Below, piece by piece: positions 47,032 to 54,647 of a stretch of DNA of 64,000 bases (positions are counted from its first letter, which is position 1; each line of letters begins with the position of its first letter). Source of the DNA: a virus; IMG/VR virus record IMGVR_UViG_3300027739_000009, positions 7,635 to 71,634 of that record; one strand, written 5' to 3'. The notes under the pieces were generated by a model that was not told where the DNA came from, ran no database searches, and was given only the letters and a program-made list of their open reading frames with translations. The translations under genes and the position numbers were made by a program.

Positions 47032-47361
47032 ATGGACTCTCAGGAATATCTGGAATCCCTATATGATTCTCCAGTGGTTCTTTTCTCCTATTACCCTGGC
47101 CCGAAGATGCTGGCCTATGCTGAGAAGGCCAACGTGAGGTTTTACAACTCGCCAGTAATTAAGGTATTCGTGTGGAGTGGGGACTTAGAGCCAGCCGAAG
47201 GAAGACAGATGAACATCCACATCTCGAAGCGGGAGTGGGAAGAGATCCTGGACTCTAATCCTGAAATCAAATCAGAATATATGCTGATGGAGATGATAGA
47301 TGCGTACCGTAGTCCCACTGAGCCCAGAGCTGGCTGTCTATCTAACCCAGGAGAGGTATAG
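47032..47361 (+). CDS. Array family member 15
   Basis: SNPEIKSEYMLMEM, then a 19-aa extension overlapping the next gene. Confidence 0.7.
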   Translation: MDSQEYLESLYDSPVVLFSYYPGPKMLAYAEKANVRFYNSPVIKVFVWSGDLEPAEGRQMNIHISKREWEEILDSNPEIKSEYMLMEMIDAYRSPTEPRAGCLSNPGEV

Positions 47362-47539
47362 GGCCACCAAAACCTACATGATGTTTCACAAATTGATACT
47401 GGACGATGACGAAGATGTATCTGGCTCAACAGTACGTACCTGCCGGATGACTCCAACCAGGTACCGAAAGATCCTTGACGACCATTATGAGATAAAAAGC
47501 GCCCAAACCTTATTGGAGATGCAAGATGAAAGTCTATAG
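47300..47539 (+). CDS. Array family member 16
   Basis: LSPELAVYL; YEIKSAQTLLEM. Confidence 0.75.
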   Translation: MRTVVPLSPELAVYLTQERYRATKTYMMFHKLILDDDEDVSGSTVRTCRMTPTRYRKILDDHYEIKSAQTLLEMQDESL

Positions 47540-47795
47540 CAACCTGTTCGAGCACGAGTTCCTGAATGCATGCCATGAGCTCAAGGTAAAGATCTCTGAG
47601 CTTAAGGACGAGCTTGAGGTCAGGCTCCCAGAGAATGTGTATGTGGATCACAGGGACAACTCAGAGAGGAAGAATCATATTGGTTACCTGGCTGGACAAG
47701 CGTTTATATCAGCCAGCTTTCTGAAAAAGATCTACGAGGACAACCCAGATATCCTTTCCGCTCAAATAGTATGGGAGATGCAAGATGAAAGTTGA
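47526..47795 (+). CDS. Array family member 17
   Basis: C-terminus DNPDILSAQIVWEM. Confidence 0.75.
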   Translation: MKVYSNLFEHEFLNACHELKVKISELKDELEVRLPENVYVDHRDNSERKNHIGYLAGQAFISASFLKKIYEDNPDILSAQIVWEMQDES

Positions 47796-48030
47796 GGAAA
47801 TCAGCAACGATCTGAGATGGGCCATAGTGAGTTATGGCAGGAGGTGTTTGGGCCTGATGGGGAATGGACCTCTTCAATCTTTCGTGCCTGATGATATGGG
47901 AGGTGTCATGGTGAGTGTGAACAGGGTGCAACAGTATTATGTCTCAGAATCTGAGATAAAGCACCTTCTGGATACCAGGCCAAAGCTCCAGGCTGCCCAG
48001 GTCTTGCACTCTTTCATGGAGGAGGACTGA
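47785..48030 (+). CDS. Array family member 18
   Basis: C-terminus TRPKLQAAQVLHSFM. Confidence 0.7.
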   Translation: MKVEEISNDLRWAIVSYGRRCLGLMGNGPLQSFVPDDMGGVMVSVNRVQQYYVSESEIKHLLDTRPKLQAAQVLHSFMEED

Positions 48031-48032
48031 TC

Positions 48033-48314
48033 ATGATGTACTGTCCTGAGGTGCTGGATTGGCTGCAAAGAGAGGCCCTGATGACGAATGAGTCCAGGAA
48101 GGAGGTTCCGTGGTTTCCGGCCGGTGCTGTGGCTCATATAGACAGAATTGCTTTCTTGTTCGCCTACATGGGGGCTTCACTGGAGATTCAGCTCACCTAC
48201 AAGAAAATTACAGAGCTGATCGCATCTGACAGGGAGATGCTGAACAAGCAGCTGATCTGGGAAATGACCGATAGGGCCGGAAACGATTTCAACGAAATGA
48301 TGGTGGCGCCATGA
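48033..48314 (+). CDS. Array family member 19
   Basis: YCPEVL; MLNKQLIWEM. Confidence 0.7.
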   Translation: MMYCPEVLDWLQREALMTNESRKEVPWFPAGAVAHIDRIAFLFAYMGASLEIQLTYKKITELIASDREMLNKQLIWEMTDRAGNDFNEMMVAP

Positions 48315-48592
48315 GGTACTGTCCGGATGTTATTGGTCTTCTCAGAGATGCCTCCTACATGAAAGTGGTCAAAGAACATCCAGAGTATGACTGGGTCTAT
48401 ATAGGGGTCACAGAGTTTGAAATTGGGGCGGCGTTCAAATTCATGAACCTGAAGCGTAACCTAACGTCTGGCTACAGGTTTATGAATGAGGAAATTCAGG
48501 AGGAAATACGGAAAGACCCAAAACTGCTGGAAGCACAGATTCTGTGGGAGATGATGGACGATGGCAATAAACGGAGATTATTGGCGCCATGA
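48311..48592 (+). CDS. Array family member 20
   Basis: YCPDV; DPKLLEAQILWEM. Confidence 0.75.
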   Translation: MRYCPDVIGLLRDASYMKVVKEHPEYDWVYIGVTEFEIGAAFKFMNLKRNLTSGYRFMNEEIQEEIRKDPKLLEAQILWEMMDDGNKRRLLAP

Positions 48593-48876
48593 GGTACTGT
48601 CCGGAGGTAATGGAGAGGATCTGGAACCTGGCTATATTGTCTGCCGAGTCCAGTTACGACAAAAAGTACCTGTGGGAACGTCTGGTGTCTACTGACCAGG
48701 ACAACGGAGACACGGTGCTCACCGTCACTGATCTTAAACACAACGTGTCTGCTGACATCCCGGTACCTCAGGACTTTGTCACTAGGGTGTTAAACTCATA
48801 TCCAAAACTGCTTGAAGCACAGATTCTGTGGGAGATGATGGACGATGGCAATAAAAGAAGGTTACTGGTGCCCTGA
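48589..48876 (+). CDS. Array family member 21
   Basis: YCPEV; YPKLLEAQILWEM. Confidence 0.75.
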   Translation: MRYCPEVMERIWNLAILSAESSYDKKYLWERLVSTDQDNGDTVLTVTDLKHNVSADIPVPQDFVTRVLNSYPKLLEAQILWEMMDDGNKRRLLVP

Positions 48877-49114
48877 GATAATGAGCCTGCTCGATAAGGT
48901 TGCCAGGAGAAAGGGTAAGCTACGGAAAGACAGGTATTTCATACTCACCACAGTCACTGTCCCTGGAAAGAGGGTATCCATTATCTACGCCACTACTACC
49001 GACAGATATGTGAATACGATCGATATCCTGGAGTCAACAATCACGGGAGTTCTCGAAAGAGACCCTGGCCTCAGATCAAAACAAGTTCTATGGAGCATGA
49101 CCGATGAAACCTGA
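48845..49114 (+). CDS. Array family member 22
   Basis: WCPEI; DPGLRSKQVLWSM. Confidence 0.7.
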   Translation: MAIKEGYWCPEIMSLLDKVARRKGKLRKDRYFILTTVTVPGKRVSIIYATTTDRYVNTIDILESTITGVLERDPGLRSKQVLWSMTDET

Positions 49115-49343
49115 TTATCGAATAGACTTCGAGTTCAATCTAATTGGGGAGGACACTCCACCGAGAGTGGGGCTGTGTCAGAAATGCAGCTACACATTCA
49201 GGTTCGTCTCTGAATACTATCCATTCTGCCCGCTATGCGGCGTCAGGGTCAAGAGAGTGGGTAGACTTGAACCTGGCATTGCACAGTGTAAACAGTGTGG
49301 AGGTGCTCCATGCTACTGCGATGAAATCAAGAAAAGGAGGTAG
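49104..49343 (+). CDS. Cys-rich Zn-finger protein closing the array
   Basis: CQKC...CPLC...CKQC...CYC. Confidence 0.6.
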   Translation: MKPDYRIDFEFNLIGEDTPPRVGLCQKCSYTFRFVSEYYPFCPLCGVRVKRVGRLEPGIAQCKQCGGAPCYCDEIKKRR

Positions 49344-49361
49344 ACAACCAATGGGCGGATA

Positions 49362-49379
49362 TTAATTACTGGTAATTAA
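49362..49379. promoter_or_regulatory. Operator-like palindrome TTAATTAC-TG-GTAATTAA
   Basis: Same motif as the 36.1-36.6 kb sites. Confidence 0.7.
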
Positions 49380-49459
49380 AATTTGATCTTGTGCTCCTGC
49401 TTCAAACCAAACCATTTTCGCAGCAAAGAAGAGATTGTTAGTTTCCTATCAAATCGAAT

Positions 49460-49606
49460 GGAGGACGATATGACCCAGGCCTGAAAACAGGCGCCTAGAA
49501 GATCCGGCCATCTGTCGGCTGGATCTTCACTCGTGGCCCGCTTCCGAAGAAAGTGGGCCTCGTAGTTGTGCTGAGCTCGTCGGGAGCCGGCGAAATTACG
49601 AGGAGG
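49460..49606 (+). ncRNA. Structured RNA leader: 4-codon uORF plus four stacked hairpins
   Basis: Stems at 49479-92, 49498-528, 49535-59 and 49559-602, several with G-U pairs; the last overlaps the GAGGAGG RBS. Confidence 0.55.
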
Positions 49607-49613
49607 ATAGAAT

Positions 49614-50423
49614 ATGACAGAGGAACCGATCGATGTAGTTGAGACTTTGATACTTACCCTGCTCGACGCAGACAGGGCTAAGACTCAAGAAAACCTTAGG
49701 TTTGATAACGGCAGGAGAGGCGGTGGCCCAAGAAGGATGGAAGACCAGGGAAAGTTTCTCCACTTTGAGAGGATGTATCCGGAGTCGATGTTCACTTATG
49801 AGTTGGGAGAAGACGGGCCAGGTAGATTGTTTGCTACAAACCACGAATATCTTCTCTACCACCCGAAAGAGGTTTATAAAGACCAGGCTGAAATCTGTGT
49901 TTTTATAGGACCTGAAAATGTAGTTAAATGGTTCGGTGTCAGAAAGTTAAATCGTGCACCAAAGGGGGCTGTACCACTGGGAAAAGTTGATGCCTGGTAT
50001 GAGTCTCATACTGAAGTATTTAGTGCCGACCTACGCCCTATTTACCAGAAGAGGCTACTTGCTTTTGATGCGCTGGGAAGGGAGGTCCTTGTAAAAATGC
50101 GTGGGCAAATAGTAGCCCATGCAGACGGATTTGGTACTCTCTTCGCGTCCATAATTGAGGACGCTATAAGAAAAGATGTCATGCTTGCCTCTTTGTCAGA
50201 TGGGCTTGAGGTAAAATTCCCAGTACCTTTGGACTCATACAAAGAGCTGTTCATAATTCGTGATGGCCCACTTACCCAGGCCCAGAAGAAGAGGGCTATT
50301 GTCCATTGGGTCAGAAAGCATAAAAGAGTAACTGATACCTCAACCACTGAGGTTAAAAAACACACCAGAGGAGTTGAGGAGTTCTCCATAGGGACATTCA
50401 AGGTAAAGCTGACTCCAAATTAA
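49614..50423 (+). CDS. Hypothetical protein with C-terminal HWVRKH motif
   Basis: 269-aa ORF, strong RBS. Confidence 0.65.
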   Translation: MTEEPIDVVETLILTLLDADRAKTQENLRFDNGRRGGGPRRMEDQGKFLHFERMYPESMFTYELGEDGPGRLFATNHEYLLYHPKEVYKDQAEICVFIGPENVVKWFGVRKLNRAPKGAVPLGKVDAWYESHTEVFSADLRPIYQKRLLAFDALGREVLVKMRGQIVAHADGFGTLFASIIEDAIRKDVMLASLSDGLEVKFPVPLDSYKELFIIRDGPLTQAQKKRAIVHWVRKHKRVTDTSTTEVKKHTRGVEEFSIGTFKVKLTPN

Positions 50424-50436
50424 GAAAGGTGAAGAC

Positions 50437-50646
50437 ATGATATTGAAAGTAAACGGAAAGCCGGCCAAAGTGGGCCAGATGGTGACCACCCACGACGGGA
50501 CGACGGGGATTCTCCACCGGTGGAGGGAGCCGAGGAATGACCCGGGCCGGGTGTATATTGTGACAGTGAGAGGAATGTTGGATTTCTATCCATCAGTGAT
50601 CGGAGCAAAATTCGAAGAGGTGAAACCATGCAGAAGACGACAGTAA
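50437..50646 (+). CDS. Small beta-barrel (SH3/KOW-like) hypothetical protein
   Basis: KVGQMVTTHDG...GRVYIV; AGGTGA RBS. Confidence 0.55.
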   Translation: MILKVNGKPAKVGQMVTTHDGTTGILHRWREPRNDPGRVYIVTVRGMLDFYPSVIGAKFEEVKPCRRRQ

Positions 50647-51044
50647 CGAAACTCGAACCGACAAACGGAATTGACACAGTTTCCAAGGATTTCTTGAAAA
50701 AACTGAAAGACACTTACGGGCTGAACGGAGTTGTGGTAGCGGAGAGTGAGCCGGTGCCTCTTCAGGACGTTGAGGGGGTAGGCTGCAATGTCCTGGCCGT
50801 CATCCACGGTACCAAACCAGGGGGAGAAGTCCACATCCCTGAATCGGCAGTGTTCTTCATCGCCTCCTTGGCCGTGTACTGCTCAAGCCACGACAAGCCT
50901 TTCAACATGCAGGGGTTTCTGGCTTGCCTGTCGGAGAGGTTCCCGGACGACTTCAGAGCGTTTGTCACAGCTGAGGTGACCAGGACCATACAGAACATCA
51001 ACGCAGCCAGGATACTCGCAACATCACAAGGTAGGGAACACTGA
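50628..51044 (+). CDS. Hypothetical protein
   Basis: GAGGTGA RBS, operon context. Confidence 0.6.
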   Translation: MQKTTVTKLEPTNGIDTVSKDFLKKLKDTYGLNGVVVAESEPVPLQDVEGVGCNVLAVIHGTKPGGEVHIPESAVFFIASLAVYCSSHDKPFNMQGFLACLSERFPDDFRAFVTAEVTRTIQNINAARILATSQGREH

Positions 51045-51054
51045 GAGGTGCGGT

Positions 51055-51321
51055 ATGTCCGGAAAACTTAAAGTAATAACTACCCATAGTGTCTCGATTG
51101 AGTGGAACACCGGGTTCGAATACGGCACCAAGGAGTATGATATGATCACGGAAAGAGTCGTCGGTTTCTCCAAAAGGTTATCGTATGGTGGTGATCTTGA
51201 ATTCAGTATTTCCTCCTATGACGACTGGATGTCTGTATCCGGAGAGGACCTCAAAGCTGTCTGGAGCGAGGCTTTGAGGATAAGAACAGCAATTCAACTG
51301 ATGGGAGCAAGAATAGTATGA
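51055..51321 (+). CDS. Hypothetical protein
   Basis: GAGAGGTG RBS. Confidence 0.6.
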   Translation: MSGKLKVITTHSVSIEWNTGFEYGTKEYDMITERVVGFSKRLSYGGDLEFSISSYDDWMSVSGEDLKAVWSEALRIRTAIQLMGARIV

Positions 51322-51524
51322 GCAACGAAAGGGTAATGCTGACATATTTGAGGGGCTGCGTGGCTGAGCTGCCCTATACAGAGCAGGGGAAGGTGGCCAA
51401 GGCAGAGGAGAGGTTCTTCGCAGCCATGGATGAGATCTCAAAGGACCTGGGTGAGGAGCCTGCTATTTTAGCCCTGACTATTGTTGGCCTTTCAGTAGCA
51501 ATCGTCAACGGAGAGAAGAAATGA
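51318..51524 (+). CDS. Hypothetical protein
   Basis: ATGA coupling. Confidence 0.55.
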   Translation: MSNERVMLTYLRGCVAELPYTEQGKVAKAEERFFAAMDEISKDLGEEPAILALTIVGLSVAIVNGEKK

Positions 51525-51742
51525 CCGAGAAATCCAAAATCATTGAAAATGCTGAGAAAAACGTCCCATTCATCGGCCAGAGCTTTATTGAGGAAGTTAC
51601 CTGGCTCTGCAACTCCGGGGCCGTCGGGGAAGATACTCCCCAGTCAGCAATATTTGTGGTGGCCCTGGAGAACATCGCCGCCGGGATCAGAAGCAGGGAC
51701 CAGACTGCTTCCAAAGAAATCACCAACCTGAGGAAATTCTGA
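51521..51742 (+). CDS. Hypothetical protein
   Basis: ATGA coupling. Confidence 0.55.
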   Translation: MTEKSKIIENAEKNVPFIGQSFIEEVTWLCNSGAVGEDTPQSAIFVVALENIAAGIRSRDQTASKEITNLRKF

Positions 51743-52242
51743 TGAACTTTTGGATAACTACAGACACACACTTTGGCCATGAGTCCATTGTAAAGGCAGG
51801 GCACCGGCCGCCAAAATTTGAAGACAAAATTCTCAATAATACCAGGAATTGTGTGAGACATGAGGATGTTCTCATTCACCTGGGCGATGTGTCTTTTACC
51901 GACCACAAATACTGGTTGAATACCCTTCGGAGGTTCTGCCTGGGAAAAATGTGGCTGACGGTCGGTAATCATGACAAGCCGCCGAGCTGGTACATCGAGA
52001 ATGGGTTCGATTTCGCTTCTGAGTTTATAATCCTGACCTACTTGGGAAAGAGGGTGCTGCTCTCTCATGAACCAAAGGAGGATCTCCTGGGGTGCGACTT
52101 GAATATCCACGGTCATCTTCACACTGGTGTCCACCGTGCCGATGAAGGGTACCCACAGACAGACAGGCATATCTGTGTCGCTTTAGAGAGTAACCACTAC
52201 CAGGCGGTGACACTTAAAACCTTAATCAGAGGTAAATTCTGA
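51742..52242 (+). CDS. Calcineurin-like metallophosphoesterase
   Basis: TDTHFGH, HLGDV, VGNHD, LSHEP, IHGHLH. Confidence 0.92.
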   Translation: MNFWITTDTHFGHESIVKAGHRPPKFEDKILNNTRNCVRHEDVLIHLGDVSFTDHKYWLNTLRRFCLGKMWLTVGNHDKPPSWYIENGFDFASEFIILTYLGKRVLLSHEPKEDLLGCDLNIHGHLHTGVHRADEGYPQTDRHICVALESNHYQAVTLKTLIRGKF

Positions 52243-52330
52243 TGGATCTGAAAGAACTGCCAGAGGGTATAAACCCTGACGATGCGGTTGCAACCTGTTG
52301 CACACACAAAACCTTCTCAGGAGACTAATT

Positions 52331-52750
52331 ATGCCAGTAAGCAAAAAGTGGCTGGAGGATCTGAGAGCCATCCACAAATCCATGATCAAGTTCAAGAGGC
52401 TTCCCTATGGTTTTGACCATAGTGGCTGGTACATGATATTCCGGAACAACCGCCCCTATGTCCTGAATGCGAGGGACGAGGACATGACGGCCATGGTCTA
52501 CATCGCCGGCGGGGACTATGAATCAGCAGCAAAACTCATTTCAGAAGAGAAACTGGCCGGGGCCATATCCTCAATAGGGGAGATGATCAAGCTGAAGGAG
52601 AAGTGTCTTGAGCTCTTCCTGGAGATGGCTATGGGCCTGGCCCAGAAGGACAGGAAAGTGATCAATAAACAAGAACTGAGATATGCAGTTGTAAATTCAT
52701 CTGAGCTCGGTAAGAGCTTATCAGCCAGGGACGTAATGGAGAAAATATGA
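52331..52750 (+). CDS. Hypothetical protein
   Basis: GGAGA RBS before ATG 52331. Confidence 0.55.
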   Translation: MPVSKKWLEDLRAIHKSMIKFKRLPYGFDHSGWYMIFRNNRPYVLNARDEDMTAMVYIAGGDYESAAKLISEEKLAGAISSIGEMIKLKEKCLELFLEMAMGLAQKDRKVINKQELRYAVVNSSELGKSLSARDVMEKI

Positions 52751-53073
52751 GCGAACAAGACGGCCGTACTCAAGACCTACGACTCAACATGGAGTTTTAT
52801 TTCTACAACGATGATGACAGGGGTGTTTTCAAAAGGGCTGTAAGGACTTTAGCTAAAGAGTGCAACGGCTTATGGTGTGAGAGGTCAGCTGACTCGGTCA
52901 CCAGACAACATCCTCCAGATTCTGATCTGTACCAGACTGGGAAAAAGTTTGTTGATCTGGGCGAAGCCCTGATGAACGAGGGCACTGATGTAGCAACCCT
53001 CCTGCGTAAGGCAGGGGAACTTGGAATGAAGATGGAGTTTTCATTAACAGAAGACAAAGGAGTGAAATTATGA
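52747..53073 (+). CDS. Hypothetical protein
   Basis: ATGA coupling. Confidence 0.55.
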   Translation: MSEQDGRTQDLRLNMEFYFYNDDDRGVFKRAVRTLAKECNGLWCERSADSVTRQHPPDSDLYQTGKKFVDLGEALMNEGTDVATLLRKAGELGMKMEFSLTEDKGVKL

Positions 53074-53447
53074 GAAATGTTATTATCGCAATGTTGGCCG
53101 CTCTTGCAATGCTGCTCGTTTTCGCAATGTTTTCCCATGCTGAGGCCAGGTCCAGTTCAGGAGGAAGGTCTGTATCGTCCAGGCCGTCGGTGTCAAGATC
53201 AACGTCCACGGTCAAACCAACGCCAAAAGTCAAATCCACAGTAAAATCCACCGCCGCCAAAAAATCCTCCAGCTCCAGCTCCAGCTTCTTCCTCCTGCAC
53301 TCTGATGAAGAGGACTGCGACCTGGAGGACTTCCAGAACAGGGAAGACGACTGTGACAACATCTCAGAAGATGAGAGGAAAGAGCTCGAAAGGCAGGACA
53401 AGGAAGAGAAGGAAAGGCCTGGCATGTTCGATCTGCTGTTCAACTAA
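53070..53447 (+). CDS. Signal-peptide protein with Ser/Lys/Arg-rich then acidic low-complexity segments
   Basis: MRNVIIAMLAALAMLLVFAMFSHAEA/; SSSGGRSVSSRPSVSRS; DEEDCDLEDF. Confidence 0.65.
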   Translation: MRNVIIAMLAALAMLLVFAMFSHAEARSSSGGRSVSSRPSVSRSTSTVKPTPKVKSTVKSTAAKKSSSSSSSFFLLHSDEEDCDLEDFQNREDDCDNISEDERKELERQDKEEKERPGMFDLLFN

Positions 53448-53463
53448 AAAGTAAGACCAAAAG

Positions 53464-53925
53464 GTGACTGCCATGGATTTGAAAACGAAAGTAAAGCTCA
53501 ACGACGATCAAGGTGTGTTCGTTATCTCTACCGGTGACGGGTACTCCTGCCTGGGATACGACTACTGCTGGAGTAGGTATGAAGCTATGTGTAAGGAGAT
53601 GAAAATAGAGAAGGCTGTGGTCTTCAAACCACTCACAGACAGAGGACGGATGCTGCTTTACCAGGAGTATCTTAAGGTTCTCGATGCAGGAGCGGCCAGG
53701 AATAAGAGAACCGGCTGGAGATCCAAGACTGGACTGACCGAGCAGCTTAATGGGCTAGAAGGCATGGTGGTCCGGGTTGTAGACAGCTTTGACGACGAGC
53801 GGGTATTTATCGTTGGAAAATCCACTGGCTGGTGTCCATGCCACCTTGAGATTGAGTCCAGGGACGAAGATGGAGGAGTGTCTGTGAGTGGAGCCCCATT
53901 CAAGTCTGTGAAAGTTATCAAGTAA
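53464..53925 (+). CDS. Hypothetical protein
   Basis: 153-aa ORF. Confidence 0.6.
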   Translation: MTAMDLKTKVKLNDDQGVFVISTGDGYSCLGYDYCWSRYEAMCKEMKIEKAVVFKPLTDRGRMLLYQEYLKVLDAGAARNKRTGWRSKTGLTEQLNGLEGMVVRVVDSFDDERVFIVGKSTGWCPCHLEIESRDEDGGVSVSGAPFKSVKVIK

Positions 53926-53938
53926 TTACCTTCATACG

Positions 53939-54574
53939 ATGTCAAAATGTAAACAAACGGTGATATTTATGGAAGAAAAAACCGAATTTACCTTCAAAGA
54001 ACTGAGCGAGGACGCCCAGGAATCAGCAGTCGAGGCATACAACTTCACCGACTTCGAGTGGTGGGATTTCACCATCGATGAGTGGAAGGAGAGGCTGGAG
54101 GCCATGGGGTTCAACGATCCAGATATAGGTTTCAGTGGGTTCTCCTCCCAAGGTGACGGTGCCAGCTTCACGGCCTGGGTTGATAACGAGAAGATGATCT
54201 CAACCCTGATGTATTGTGGGGAGAGCTTTGAGGACGTGGCTGAGTTTCAATCCCTGATCGAGATGACGCCAAATCTGGCTGAAATGCTCGGTATCCAGGA
54301 TGACAACTATGATCTGAGCATCACCCTCACAAGACGTGACCACCACTACTTCCACGAGAACACTATCACTGTGGAGGTGGAGGCTCATGAGATGTTTTAT
54401 GAGAAAGCTGATAGGTACGGCGAGGCTGTCAACTCTCTCAGGAAGAGCCTGTGTCGGGAGCTTTACAAGGATCTGGAGGCAGAATACAACTGGATGGCGT
54501 CTGCCGAGTATTTCGCTGAAACAGCCGAGGCCAACAACTGGCTCTTTGACGAATACGGGGTGATGATCAAGTAG
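53939..54574 (+). CDS. Highly acidic conserved phage protein
   Basis: FKELSEDAQE...FSGFSSQGDGASF...EANNWLFDEYG pattern; strong Asp/Glu excess. Confidence 0.6.
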   Translation: MSKCKQTVIFMEEKTEFTFKELSEDAQESAVEAYNFTDFEWWDFTIDEWKERLEAMGFNDPDIGFSGFSSQGDGASFTAWVDNEKMISTLMYCGESFEDVAEFQSLIEMTPNLAEMLGIQDDNYDLSITLTRRDHHYFHENTITVEVEAHEMFYEKADRYGEAVNSLRKSLCRELYKDLEAEYNWMASAEYFAETAEANNWLFDEYGVMIK

Positions 54575-54647
54575 ATTGTTAGGAATGTGAAAACTTTTCA
54601 TTTTTCAAAATTTCCGTTTCACCCTCAACCAAGAACTGGAGTTTCAA

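Noticed and set aside
42888-49114. One long repeat protein broken by stop-codon reassignment
   Set aside because: Consecutive ORFs are in different frames with ATGA-type overlaps and their own RBSs, and long genes elsewhere read normally in the standard code.
49560-49600. Hammerhead ribozyme or c-di-GMP riboswitch
   Set aside because: CTGA and CGAAA are present, but the CUGANGA core and three-stem junction are not; the GEMM consensus is not matched either.
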